Assembly (NCBI GenBank): GCA_963664115.2
Contig: CAXWPJ010000002.1
Coordinates: 608,001 to 672,000, forward strand
Length of the DNA: 64,000 nt
Direction of reading: 5' to 3'
From: Terriglobia bacterium
Lineage (GTDB): Bacteria; Acidobacteriota; Terriglobia; 20CM-2-55-15
Position 1 is the stretch's first letter; the number at the start of each line of letters is the position of its first letter. Below the pieces are notes generated by a model. The model searched no databases. It saw nothing but the letters and a program-made list of their open reading frames with translations, and was not told the origin of the DNA. Both the position numbers and the translations under genes were made by a program. Below, piece after piece: positions 1 through 8,892 of this stretch.

Positions 1-14
1 TGAAGCTGCGGTAG
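1..14 (+). CDS. mraY: 3' end of phospho-N-acetylmuramoyl-pentapeptide transferase (partial)
   Basis: Window opens with ..tg aag ctg cgg tag = (L)KLR*, the typical MraY C-terminus, directly upstream of murD as in the canonical dcw order. Confidence 0.55.
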
Positions 15-43
15 GGGATCGCGGCTTTTTAAAGAGGTAGCAA

Positions 44-1375
44 GTGGTAGTTGTTGTCGGCATGGGGCGGAGCGGCCTGGCGGTATCGGGCCTCCTTCGT
101 TCGCACGGTCTGGAAGTGTTTGCCTCGGATGCGAACCCGGAACCGCCCCTGTTGAACGAGTTCGATCGGCTGGGGTTTCCCTCGGAAACCGGAGGACACT
201 CGATAGAGCGATTCACTCGCGCCGAAGAAATTGTCGTGAGTCCCGGCGTTCCGCTCGATATCGACGCGCTGAGCAAAGCGCGCGTTGGGGGTGTCGGAAT
301 CGTGAGCGAGTTAGAGGTGGCTTCGCGATACTTGCTCGGGGATGTCGTTGCCGTGACGGGTTCGAACGGCAAGACGACGACAACGTCGCTCGTGGCTGCC
401 ATCCTTGAGCACGGTGCGCGACCGGTGCAGGTTGGAGGCAATATCGGAATTGCGGTGTCGGACCTGGTGTCTGCGTCGACCCACGAAACGATCAACGTCC
501 TGGAAGTGAGTAGTTTTCAGTTGGATACATCCTCGCAATTCCGGCCCCGCGTGGGTGTTCTCCTGAACATCACGCCGGACCACCTCGACCGATATGCGAA
601 TTTCGAGGCGTACCGAATGGCTAAGTTCAATGTGTTTAAGAACCAGACTGAGGAAGATTTCGCCGTTATCAATATGGATGACCCTCAATCGTTTCCATTG
701 CCCGTTGAAATCGCCTCGCGTCAGCGTTTCTTCAGCCGGAAGGAACACTTTGATCGAGCGGCCGGTATACAGGGGGAATTTCTTTCGGTGCGTGGTCATC
801 GTGTTATTCGGACATCCGAACTGCCATTGAGAGGCGGCCACAACCTTGAAAACGTCCTTGCATCGATTCTTGTGGCCGACGTGTATGGCATTACACCGGA
901 ACAAACCTCTGAAGCCATCCGCGACTTCAAGGGTGTGGAACATCGGCTGGAAACGGTCGCGACGATCGCTGGAGTGGAGTTCGTGAACGACTCCAAAGCG
1001 ACGAATGTTGATTCTGCGGTCAAGGCTCTCGAAGCATTCGACGCCTTCGAGGCGAACATCATTTTGATCATTGGCGGCAGGGACAAGGAAGCGCCCTTCG
1101 AGCCCCTGGTTCAGGCGATGCACGGGCGTGTCCGGCAGGTTCTAACCTTGGGCGAAGCGGCTGAAAAACTGGAAAAGGCGGTTGGCACCAACGTTCCAAC
1201 CCGCCGGGTGGGGTCCATAGCCGAAGCTGTGAATGTGGCGATAGCCACAGGACGTGACGGCGACATCGTCCTTCTGTCTCCCGCCTGTGCCAGCTTCGAC
1301 ATGTACGCTAACTATGAAGAACGCGGCCACGACTTCAAGAACGCCGTCCGCACGCACATGAAATTGAAGACATAA
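44..1375 (+). CDS. murD: UDP-N-acetylmuramoyl-L-alanine--D-glutamate ligase
   Basis: GMGRSG, VTGSNGKTTT, EVSSFQL, NITPDHLDRY, NDSKATN, LLSPACASFD motifs; GTG start with AAGAGG upstream. Confidence 0.97.
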   Translation: MVVVVGMGRSGLAVSGLLRSHGLEVFASDANPEPPLLNEFDRLGFPSETGGHSIERFTRAEEIVVSPGVPLDIDALSKARVGGVGIVSELEVASRYLLGDVVAVTGSNGKTTTTSLVAAILEHGARPVQVGGNIGIAVSDLVSASTHETINVLEVSSFQLDTSSQFRPRVGVLLNITPDHLDRYANFEAYRMAKFNVFKNQTEEDFAVINMDDPQSFPLPVEIASRQRFFSRKEHFDRAAGIQGEFLSVRGHRVIRTSELPLRGGHNLENVLASILVADVYGITPEQTSEAIRDFKGVEHRLETVATIAGVEFVNDSKATNVDSAVKALEAFDAFEANIILIIGGRDKEAPFEPLVQAMHGRVRQVLTLGEAAEKLEKAVGTNVPTRRVGSIAEAVNVAIATGRDGDIVLLSPACASFDMYANYEERGHDFKNAVRTHMKLKT

Positions 1376-1410
1376 GAAATGCGAACGACACTGAAAAGGA
1401 TTGCTGCTCT

Positions 1411-1757
1411 CGGCGTGGGGGGACCGGCCCGGCGTCAGAGTTCCCGTGGGGTCGGAACAGGGAAATGTCAGTGCACCCAAACTGTTCGGTCAGTGGAGGG
1501 GACGGTGGGCCCGACGCTAATGAATGCACGGCGTGGGGGGACCGGCCCGGCGGTAGTGTTCCCGCAGAGTCGGAAGAGGGAAATGTCAGTGCACTCAAAT
1601 TGTTCGGTAAGTGGAAGGGACGGTGGGCCCGACGCTAATGAATGCACGGCGTGGGGGGACCGGCCCGGCGGTAGTGTTCCCGCAGAGTCGGAAGAGGGAA
1701 ATGTCAGTGCACTCAAATTGTTCGGTAAGTGGAACGGACGGTGGGCCCGACGCTAAT
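1411..1757. repeat. Tandem direct repeat, ~3 copies of a 118-bp unit
   Basis: CGGCGTGGGGGGACCGGCCCGGCG begins at 1411, 1529 and 1647; units 2 and 3 nearly identical, unit 1 more diverged; each ends in GTGGGCCCGACGCTAAT. Confidence 0.95.
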
Positions 1758-1762
1758 TACTA

Positions 1763-2854
1763 ATGGCCAGAAAACTAAATCCCGATTGGATCCTCTTCGT
1801 GACGACCCTGGCTCTTGTCGTCGTGGGCGTCGCGATGGTTTTCAGTTCGTCCGCTGTTCTGGCGAAGGAGTGGTACGGCGACCCGAACCACTTTTCCTTC
1901 CGTCATGTCGTTGCAGTGTTGCTGGGCCTGGTCGGCATGTTCACCTTGATGAGAGTGGACTACCATCGTTATCGGCATCCGGCGACGGTATTCTCCCTGC
2001 TGTCCGTCGTCACCGTATTGCTGGTTTTCGCCTATTTCCTGCCGGCTACAGCCAATACACACCGCTGGATCCGACTTGCAGGACTATCCTTCCAACCCGC
2101 AGAACTGGCAAAGCTTTCGATGATTGTTTTCATGGCTTACTTTCTGGAGATGCGAAGGGACAGGGTCAACGAACTGCGGTTCAGCCTGATTCCCCTGCTT
2201 GCGGTCAGCTCTCTCGTCTGTGGCTTGATCGTTCTCCAGCCCGATCTCGGGACTGCAGTTTCCATCCTTGCAGTTGCCGGGGTCATGCTGTTCGTGGCCG
2301 GCCTTAACGTCGGTTGGATGGTCGCCGCTGCTCTCATGGCTGCGCCCATGCTGTACGTACTCGTTTTTCAGGTGCCGTGGCGTCGGGCGAGACTCTTAGC
2401 CTTCAGGGATCCCTGGTCCGATCCCCTCGATACCGGGTTTCAGATTATTCAGTCGCTGATATCGGTGGGAACCGGCGGTATCGGCGGCATCGGCTACATG
2501 GAGGGACAGCAAAAGCTCTTCTATCTGCCTGAACCGCATACGGATTTCATATTTGCTGTGCTTGGCGAGGAATTCGGTTTGATTGGGACAGTCGCAGTTC
2601 TGGGCTTGTTTGGAGTCTTCATGTGGCGTGGTTTGCGAAGCGCCGCCAAGGCGCCCGACCTGTTCGGATCCTATCTCGCATTGGGAATCACGATGATGAT
2701 TGCCCTGCAGGCCTTCATCAATATGAGCGTGGTCCTGGGCCTGCTGCCGACCAAGGGAATTCCGCTTCCGTTCTTAAGCTACGGGGGCAGTTCGTTCCTG
2801 GTCATGTTGGTCAGTGTCGGAATTCTAATGAACGTTTCTCAACATGGGAATTGA
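1763..2854 (+). CDS. ftsW: Peptidoglycan glycosyltransferase FtsW (SEDS family)
   Basis: RWIRLAGLSFQPAELAK, QPDLGT, YLPEPHTDFIFAVLGEEFG, PTKGIPLPFLSYGGSS; dcw position. Confidence 0.97.
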   Translation: MARKLNPDWILFVTTLALVVVGVAMVFSSSAVLAKEWYGDPNHFSFRHVVAVLLGLVGMFTLMRVDYHRYRHPATVFSLLSVVTVLLVFAYFLPATANTHRWIRLAGLSFQPAELAKLSMIVFMAYFLEMRRDRVNELRFSLIPLLAVSSLVCGLIVLQPDLGTAVSILAVAGVMLFVAGLNVGWMVAAALMAAPMLYVLVFQVPWRRARLLAFRDPWSDPLDTGFQIIQSLISVGTGGIGGIGYMEGQQKLFYLPEPHTDFIFAVLGEEFGLIGTVAVLGLFGVFMWRGLRSAAKAPDLFGSYLALGITMMIALQAFINMSVVLGLLPTKGIPLPFLSYGGSSFLVMLVSVGILMNVSQHGN

Positions 2855-2963
2855 ATGGCAAGTGGAGGTCGTAGGGAAACTGAGTTCCGTGGAGCCTCTC
2901 GGAGGCTCGTATCTCTTTGTTTTTACGGGACAAAAAAAGTTCGAGCGGCCCTGATCTGTCACT

Positions 2964-4046
2964 ATGAAAGCGATAATCGCAGGAGGTGGCACGGGCGGCC
3001 ATCTGATGCCCGGAATCGCGGTGGCGCGGGAGTTGCTCCGGCGGGACCCGAGTACGCGGATACTCTTCGTCGGCGCAAAGAAAGGCATCGAGAACACGGT
3101 TGTGCCTAACGAAGGCTTCGAACTGATGACTTTGCCCATTGGTGGTTTGAAGCGTGTTGGGTGGGTCCGTGCGGTGGGAAACTTTGTTGCGATGGGTGCT
3201 GCGTTGATTCGCTCGATGGGGCTGTTGGCCCGCTTCGCCCCGGACGTGGTTGTCGGTTTGGGTGGCTACGCGTCGTTTCCGGCAGTGGGCGCGGCGATCC
3301 TTCGAGGAGTGCCGTCGGTGATTATGGAGCAGAACATTCTTCCGGGTTTAGCAAATCGTGTGTTGGGCCGCCGAGCCCGTTTCGTGGCAGTGCCCGATGA
3401 TCATGCGGCAGGTTATTTTCCAGGGCGTGCTGTCGTCACGGGGAATCCGGTCCGTCAAGCGTTTAAGGCCATCGGTCCGAAAGCGCATCAGGCCCCATTC
3501 ACGGTGCTGGTAACCGGCGGCAGCCAGGGTGCCGAAGCTATCAACTCAGCCGTTGTGGCCGCCCTGCCTCTGCTTTCGAAATGGAGGGATACATTGCGTT
3601 TCCTACATCAGACCGGGAGCCGGCAGGAAGCAGATGTGCGCCTGTCCTACCTGGAGGCGGGTTTCCAAGCCGATGTGAGCAGTTTTTTCTCGAGCTTCGA
3701 GAGTTGTTATGAGAAGGCCGATTTAATCGTTTCACGGGCAGGCAACACCTCCGTTGCCGAAATCCAGGCGGCAGGCCGGGCATCGGTGTTGATCCCCTTG
3801 GCTTATGCGACCGACGACCACCAACGGCGAAACGCTCGCGCCATGGTTGATCGCCGTGCCGCGATCATGATCGATCCTCTCGAACTGACGGGTGAAAGAC
3901 TCGCAAAGGAAATCACCTCCCTGCTCGAAGAGCCGGAGCGATTGACCCGAATTGAAGGGCGAGCGAAGGAGATGGCGGTCCTCGATGCGGAAGCACGCAT
4001 AGCGGACCTGATCGAGCGTGCAGCAAGTAGAAGTGATGGAAGATAA
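2964..4046 (+). CDS. murG: Undecaprenyldiphospho-muramoylpentapeptide beta-N-acetylglucosaminyltransferase
   Basis: AGGGTGGH, GLGGYAS, EQNILPGLAN, TGNPVR, GGSQGA, DHQRRNA. Confidence 0.97.
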   Translation: MKAIIAGGGTGGHLMPGIAVARELLRRDPSTRILFVGAKKGIENTVVPNEGFELMTLPIGGLKRVGWVRAVGNFVAMGAALIRSMGLLARFAPDVVVGLGGYASFPAVGAAILRGVPSVIMEQNILPGLANRVLGRRARFVAVPDDHAAGYFPGRAVVTGNPVRQAFKAIGPKAHQAPFTVLVTGGSQGAEAINSAVVAALPLLSKWRDTLRFLHQTGSRQEADVRLSYLEAGFQADVSSFFSSFESCYEKADLIVSRAGNTSVAEIQAAGRASVLIPLAYATDDHQRRNARAMVDRRAAIMIDPLELTGERLAKEITSLLEEPERLTRIEGRAKEMAVLDAEARIADLIERAASRSDGR

Positions 4047-4090
4047 GAGTTGAGAGCAAAGGCGTTCCAACTTTTAACTCTCAACTCTTA
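4044..4090. repeat. Heptamer-based inverted repeat (REP/STRR-like hairpin)
   Basis: TAAGAGTTGAGAG (4044-4056) ... CTCTCAACTCTTA (4078-4090), perfect 13-bp arms; related ACTCT/ACTTT heptamers recur near 24092-24165 and 35400-35420. Confidence 0.7.
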
Positions 4091-4100
4091 ACCAGAAAAA

Positions 4101-5483
4101 ATGTTTCACCGCATCAAACATGTTCATTTTGTCGGAATCGGCGGTAGCGGTATGAGCGGTATCGCCGGGGTTCTCCTGACCTTGGGTTACAAGGTCACGG
4201 GTTCGGACGTGAAGGCGACTGCTGTGACGGATGCTCTGGTGGAATCTGGTGCCAGCATTTTTCTTTCTCACGCGGCGGGAAATGTCAGTGGGGCGCATGT
4301 TGTGGTTCGATCCTCGGCCGTGGGAACCGACAACCCGGAACTGGCTGAAGCGGAAGAGCAGAAGATCCCTATCATCTCACGTGCCGAGATGCTGGCAGAG
4401 TTGGCGCGTCTGAAGTACACGACCGCCGTTGCGGGGACGCATGGCAAGACTACAACGACGTCGATGATTGCGACAATTCTGGGCTGCGCAGGTCTGGATC
4501 CGACGTTTGTTATCGGTGGACGCTTGAATAGCCTGGGCAGCAACTCCCGCCTCGGGAGCGGAGAGTTCATCGTTCTCGAGGCCGACGAGAGCGATCGGTC
4601 CTTTCTCATGCTATCGCCGACTATCGCAGTGGTGACGAACGTGGAAGCGGATCACCTGGATAACTATCGTGATCTCGAAGACATCCAGGACGCGTTCATT
4701 TCTTTCGTCAACAAGGTTCCTTTCTACGGTGCCGTAATCCTTCCGGCCGACTGTCCGGGCGTTCGGTCCGTGGCAGATCGGGTCAAGCGACGTGTGATCA
4801 CGTTCGGAGTCTCACCGGCTGCCGATGTCACCATTACCGATTGCGTGTTTGAAAAACTCAATTCCCGGTTCGTTCTTTCATATAACGGCGGAAATCGGCA
4901 GGAATGCGCGCTTCGGGTGCCCGGAATGCACAACGTTCTGAACGCGGCCGCTGCGTTCGCGGCGGCGATGGAAATGGGTGTGGGCCCGGACACAATTGCG
5001 GATGGTCTGGAGGCCTTCGGTGGCGTTGAGCGCCGCTTCGAGATCAAGTCGTCCGGTCCAGTGACCGTAATCGATGATTACGCCCACCACCCTACGGAAG
5101 TACGCGCGGTCCTGGCCGCGGCTCGTATGGGTGGGTTCAAAAGAATCCTGGTGGGTTTCCAACCCCACCGCTACAGCCGGACCTACCATCTCTTCGATGA
5201 TTTCACGCGGTCGTTTGATGAAGCCGACGCCGTTCTCATTACCGAAATTTACCCGGCGGGAGAGGCTCCGATTGAGGGTGTGTCATCGTCCGCACTCGTG
5301 GAACGAATGAAAGCGCTGGGTTCTCGAGAGGTAAGCCACGCACCCGACCTGGAGACCATCGAGTCGTACATGAGAGAAAACGCACGCCCGGGAGACGCCA
5401 TCCTGATTCTCGGAGCCGGTAACATTACCCGCCTCGCAGATCGTCTGGCCGAGTTAGAACCTCTGAAGGTGACGCATGATTAA
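4101..5483 (+). CDS. murC: UDP-N-acetylmuramate--L-alanine ligase
   Basis: HFVGIGGSGMSGIA, AGTHGKTTTT, EADESD, DDYAHHPTE, FQPHRYSRT. Confidence 0.97.
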   Translation: MFHRIKHVHFVGIGGSGMSGIAGVLLTLGYKVTGSDVKATAVTDALVESGASIFLSHAAGNVSGAHVVVRSSAVGTDNPELAEAEEQKIPIISRAEMLAELARLKYTTAVAGTHGKTTTTSMIATILGCAGLDPTFVIGGRLNSLGSNSRLGSGEFIVLEADESDRSFLMLSPTIAVVTNVEADHLDNYRDLEDIQDAFISFVNKVPFYGAVILPADCPGVRSVADRVKRRVITFGVSPAADVTITDCVFEKLNSRFVLSYNGGNRQECALRVPGMHNVLNAAAAFAAAMEMGVGPDTIADGLEAFGGVERRFEIKSSGPVTVIDDYAHHPTEVRAVLAAARMGGFKRILVGFQPHRYSRTYHLFDDFTRSFDEADAVLITEIYPAGEAPIEGVSSSALVERMKALGSREVSHAPDLETIESYMRENARPGDAILILGAGNITRLADRLAELEPLKVTHD

Positions 5484-6309
5484 GAAACGTATTCAGCGCT
5501 GGACCCGGCTGTTTCAATCTCAGTCTTCCAAATCAAAGGCAGGTGCGAGGTCCGGTATGAACGGCTTTCTTCGCGTTGCCGTCTGGGTCCCGGTGTTTCT
5601 GGGCCTTGGTTTTGGAATTTACGAATCCATCAGTTACGCCTACGAGACGGATCGTTTCGAAGTCCGGAGAATTTCGGTGTCCGGCCTCCATCGGGTCTCT
5701 GAGAACGAAATTCTCTCGCGCGTCGGCTACGCTTCGGGGGCAAACGTTTTGCACGTGAACCTGGAGGAGACCCGCGAAGCGATTGAAGAAATCCTCTGGG
5801 TGAGGTACGCGACGGTCCAGCGGGTATGGCCGAACGAGATTGTCATCTCCCTTGTCGAACGGCAACCGATCGCGCTGGCCCGAATCGATTCCGAAATTTT
5901 TCAGGTGGATATTGAAGGCGTCGTCCTCTCACCGGATGCGCTGACCGAGATCAATGGCCCGGTTCTCGATGGACTTCATGCGGGTGATCCCTCGGGCAAT
6001 GAAATAAAGATCAATATCTACAGAGAGATCGTAGACGCAATCGGTGAGAGTGATTTGTCCGAGGTCCACGTTGCTGAATCAGGCGAGGTGTCTGTAGTCC
6101 CGACCGACAATCCCATACTGATCGACCTGGGTTTGACCAGTTATCGTGATCGTTGGGAGAAGTACGTCGGTCTGAGCGTGCGAATTCACGAAGACTACCC
6201 TGACGCTTTCCGTGTAGACCTGCGCTTTCGAGATCAGGTCATCATTCAAACCAAAGAGAGTGAGCCGGCTGGGAACATCATATGGGGCGAAGAGACAAAA
6301 CTATTGTAG
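5476..6309 (+). CDS. ftsQ: Cell division protein FtsQ/DivIB
   Basis: Basic N-terminus, one TM helix, POTRA-like WVRYATVQRVWPNEIVISLVERQP, C-terminal DLRF; lies between murC and ftsA. Confidence 0.9.
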   Translation: MIKKRIQRWTRLFQSQSSKSKAGARSGMNGFLRVAVWVPVFLGLGFGIYESISYAYETDRFEVRRISVSGLHRVSENEILSRVGYASGANVLHVNLEETREAIEEILWVRYATVQRVWPNEIVISLVERQPIALARIDSEIFQVDIEGVVLSPDALTEINGPVLDGLHAGDPSGNEIKINIYREIVDAIGESDLSEVHVAESGEVSVVPTDNPILIDLGLTSYRDRWEKYVGLSVRIHEDYPDAFRVDLRFRDQVIIQTKESEPAGNIIWGEETKLL

Positions 6310-7496
6310 GGCTGGACATCGGTTCGACCAAGATCTGCACTCTGATTGCATCCGCGCATAACGGTGGCATGGAATCCGCCGGTTTTGGCAAGGTCGACTC
6401 CAAGGGACTTAAGAAAGGCGTTGTCGTAAACCTGGAAGCGACGGTTGAGGCGATCAAACGGAGTGTCCACGAAGCGGAGATAATGGCCGGTTCGGAAGTG
6501 GACCGGGTGTTTGTAGGTTTGGCCGGCCCGCATATTCGCAGTTTCAACAGCAAGGGCGCCATACCGATTTCGAAACAGTCGCGTGAGATAACGCGAGAGG
6601 ACGTCCGGCGAGTTATAGAGACAGCTCGTGCGATTGCCCTCGCGCCCGATCGCGAGATCATTCACATCATCCCGCAGGAATTCGTCGTCGATGACCAGGA
6701 TGGTATCGGAGACCCGCTCGGAATGGTCGGTACCCGTCTGGAAGTGAATGTTCATATCGTGACCAGTTCGGTGACGGCCGCACAGAACATCGTCACAGCC
6801 GTGAACCGCAGCGGTTTGGAGGTGGCTGATACCGTCCTGGAGCCCATCGCGGGAGGCGAAGCGGTGTTGAGTGACGACGAAAGGGAACTAGGCTGTGTCC
6901 TCATCGATATCGGGGGCGGGAAGACCAGCGTGGCTGTATACCACCATGGAGCCGTGCGCCACACAGTCGTTCTTCCCATTGGCAGCGATCACTTCACCAG
7001 CGATATAGCCGTGGGACTGCGCACTCCGATTCCTGAAGCAGAACGGCTGAAGAAAGAGTTTGGGTGCGTGTTGGCATCTATGGCTGACGACGAATTGGTG
7101 ATTGAGCTTACCGGAGTGGGGTCCCGGCCGGCGCGGGCCATCAGTCCGAGGTTGTTGAGCGACGTTCTGCAACCGCGGGCTGAAGAAATCGTCCATTTCG
7201 TTCGTGACGAGATACGCGGCGCGGGCTACGAACGTCAAGCTGGAGCAGGGGCGGTTATGACAGGCGGTGGCTCGCTCCTCAGGGGTATCGCGGAACTCAC
7301 CGAGGATCTGCTGGACCTGCCCGTAAGACTCGGTCTGCCGGAAGGCTTGACCGATTCTAGCTTTGGTGATCCTGAATATGCGACGGTTGTCGGGCTCGTT
7401 GCCTATGGCCAGAGAAGACGAAAGACTTACGAGTTTCATGAACATTCCGGGTCCGCGTTTAAACGAATGATGTCCCGATTACGCGGATTCATATGA
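6282..7496 (+). CDS. ftsA: Cell division protein FtsA
   Basis: GLDIGSTKI, GMVGTRLEVNVHIVT, DIGGGKT, TGGGSLL; C-terminal amphipathic helix. Confidence 0.97.
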   Translation: MGRRDKTIVGLDIGSTKICTLIASAHNGGMESAGFGKVDSKGLKKGVVVNLEATVEAIKRSVHEAEIMAGSEVDRVFVGLAGPHIRSFNSKGAIPISKQSREITREDVRRVIETARAIALAPDREIIHIIPQEFVVDDQDGIGDPLGMVGTRLEVNVHIVTSSVTAAQNIVTAVNRSGLEVADTVLEPIAGGEAVLSDDERELGCVLIDIGGGKTSVAVYHHGAVRHTVVLPIGSDHFTSDIAVGLRTPIPEAERLKKEFGCVLASMADDELVIELTGVGSRPARAISPRLLSDVLQPRAEEIVHFVRDEIRGAGYERQAGAGAVMTGGGSLLRGIAELTEDLLDLPVRLGLPEGLTDSSFGDPEYATVVGLVAYGQRRRKTYEFHEHSGSAFKRMMSRLRGFI

Positions 7497-7620
7497 GCTG
7501 CACCGATTGCACGAATTAACGTTGATGCGGATTACGCATTAAAAAGAACCAGCTCATGTTTATGACGAATAAATCCGCGAAGTTCGTGACTGAAAACGAT
7601 TCCGTGTAATCCGCGTAAAT
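7477..7620. repeat. Degenerate nonamer-based inverted repeat (ACGCGGATT/AATCCGCGT type REP-like)
   Basis: TTACGCGGATT (7479-7489), GCGGATTACGC (7527-7537), AATCCGCG (7572) and TCCGTGTAATCCGCGTAA (7601-7618). Confidence 0.5.
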
Positions 7621-7632
7621 AAGGGGGAGCCA

Positions 7633-8718
7633 GTGTCGAAGAACGTGACTGCTGAGAATCCTATCAGGTTCCTTTTTGACGAGGAGCGTGCCGTTGGTGC
7701 CTGTATCAAGGTAATCGGTGTCGGTGGCGGAGGGTCCAACGCTATCAACCGCATGATGGAAGCGGGAGTGGAAGGCGTTGAGTTTCTCGTTGCGAACACT
7801 GACGTCCAGGCCCTCCAGGAGTCGAAGGCCCCGGTGAAAATTCAGATCGGAGCGAAACTGACGAAAGGTTTGGGCGCTGGAGCCGATCCTAATATCGGGC
7901 GAGAGGCTGCACTGGAAGATACTGAAAAGATTATCGAGGCTCTCGAAGGCGCCGACATGATCTTCGTAACGACCGGTCTGGGAGGTGGCACCGGGACGGG
8001 TGCGGCGCCCATCGTAGCCAGCCTGGCGGCGGAGCTGGGCGGCCTGACCGTTGCGGTTGTCACCAAACCGTTCGCTTTTGAAGGTCGAAAGCGCATGATG
8101 CAGGCGGATCTCGGCCTGTCCAATTTGCAGGATTCCGTGGACACGGTGATCACCATTCCGAACGAACAATTACTGGCAACGCTCGAGCGTGGAACGAGCC
8201 TGTTCGACGCGTTTCATATCGCGGATGACATTCTGCGGCAGGCGGTTCAGGGCATTTCGGATTTGATCACCGTACCAGGATTGATCAACCTGGATTTCGC
8301 CGACGTCAAGACCGTCATGCACGGCATGGGCAGGGCGCTCATGGGGACCGGTATGGCGACCGGCGACAACCGAGCTGTTGAGGCGGCGCGCCGCGCAATT
8401 TCAAACCCGTTGTTGGAAGAGGGTTCGATTCAGGGTGCCAAGGGCGTGTTGATCAACATTACGGGTGGCAACGACCTACTGCTGCACGAGGTCAGCGAAG
8501 CTGCCGGTATCATTTACGAAGCGGCCGACACCGAAGCCAACATTATCTTTGGTGCGGTGCGGGACGAGCGTATCGAGAACGAAGTGAAGATTACAGTTAT
8601 AGCCACCGGCTTCGACCACAACGCGACAGACCGTCCGCTGCAGGAGGTGCCCCGCGCCGAGCCCGCGGGAGCGGAATTGGAGATCCCTACGTTTTTGCGG
8701 CGCGCTACGACGCATTAG
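7633..8718 (+). CDS. ftsZ: Cell division protein FtsZ
   Basis: [20 protein letters not shown] tubulin signature, INLDFADV, C-terminal LEIPTFLR. Confidence 0.98.
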   Translation: MSKNVTAENPIRFLFDEERAVGACIKVIGVGGGGSNAINRMMEAGVEGVEFLVANTDVQALQESKAPVKIQIGAKLTKGLGAGADPNIGREAALEDTEKIIEALEGADMIFVTTGLGGGTGTGAAPIVASLAAELGGLTVAVVTKPFAFEGRKRMMQADLGLSNLQDSVDTVITIPNEQLLATLERGTSLFDAFHIADDILRQAVQGISDLITVPGLINLDFADVKTVMHGMGRALMGTGMATGDNRAVEAARRAISNPLLEEGSIQGAKGVLINITGGNDLLLHEVSEAAGIIYEAADTEANIIFGAVRDERIENEVKITVIATGFDHNATDRPLQEVPRAEPAGAELEIPTFLRRATTH

Positions 8719-8759
8719 TTGTTCGAAAGGTTTTGGCCTCAGAGGTGAAGAGAAACGCA

Positions 8760-8829
8760 TTCACCGCAAAGGCGCAAAGACGCAAATGAAGAACAGGTTT
8801 TCTTTGCGTCTTTGCGCCTTTGCGGTGAA
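8760..8829. repeat. Perfect 27-bp inverted repeat built of CGCAAAG(G/A) octamers; REP-like, possible terminator/stabiliser after ftsZ
   Basis: TTCACCGCAAAGGCGCAAAGACGCAAA (8760-8786) and exact reverse complement (8803-8829). Confidence 0.9.
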
Positions 8830-8880
8830 AAACCATTTCATCATTTAGACTTCCTAACTGTCCATTCCCGTCCGTCCCCT

Positions 8881-8886
8881 TATAAT
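8881..8886 (+). promoter_or_regulatory. -10 box of a probable leaderless promoter
   Basis: TATAAT 6 nt before ATG 8893; no Shine-Dalgarno between them. Confidence 0.6.
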
Positions 8887-8892
8887 CACTCC

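Noticed and set aside
1379-1756. 125-aa ORF (and overlapping minus-strand ORFs) between murD and ftsW
   Set aside because: Merely reads through the 118-bp repeats in shifting frames; no protein-like features
1411-1757. CRISPR array or integron attC array
   Set aside because: Units are 118 bp head-to-tail with no unique spacers or cassette ORFs; no cas or intI genes in the window
4278-4290. GGAAATGTCAGTG inside murC matching the 118-bp repeat
   Set aside because: 13-bp match within conserved coding sequence; likely chance
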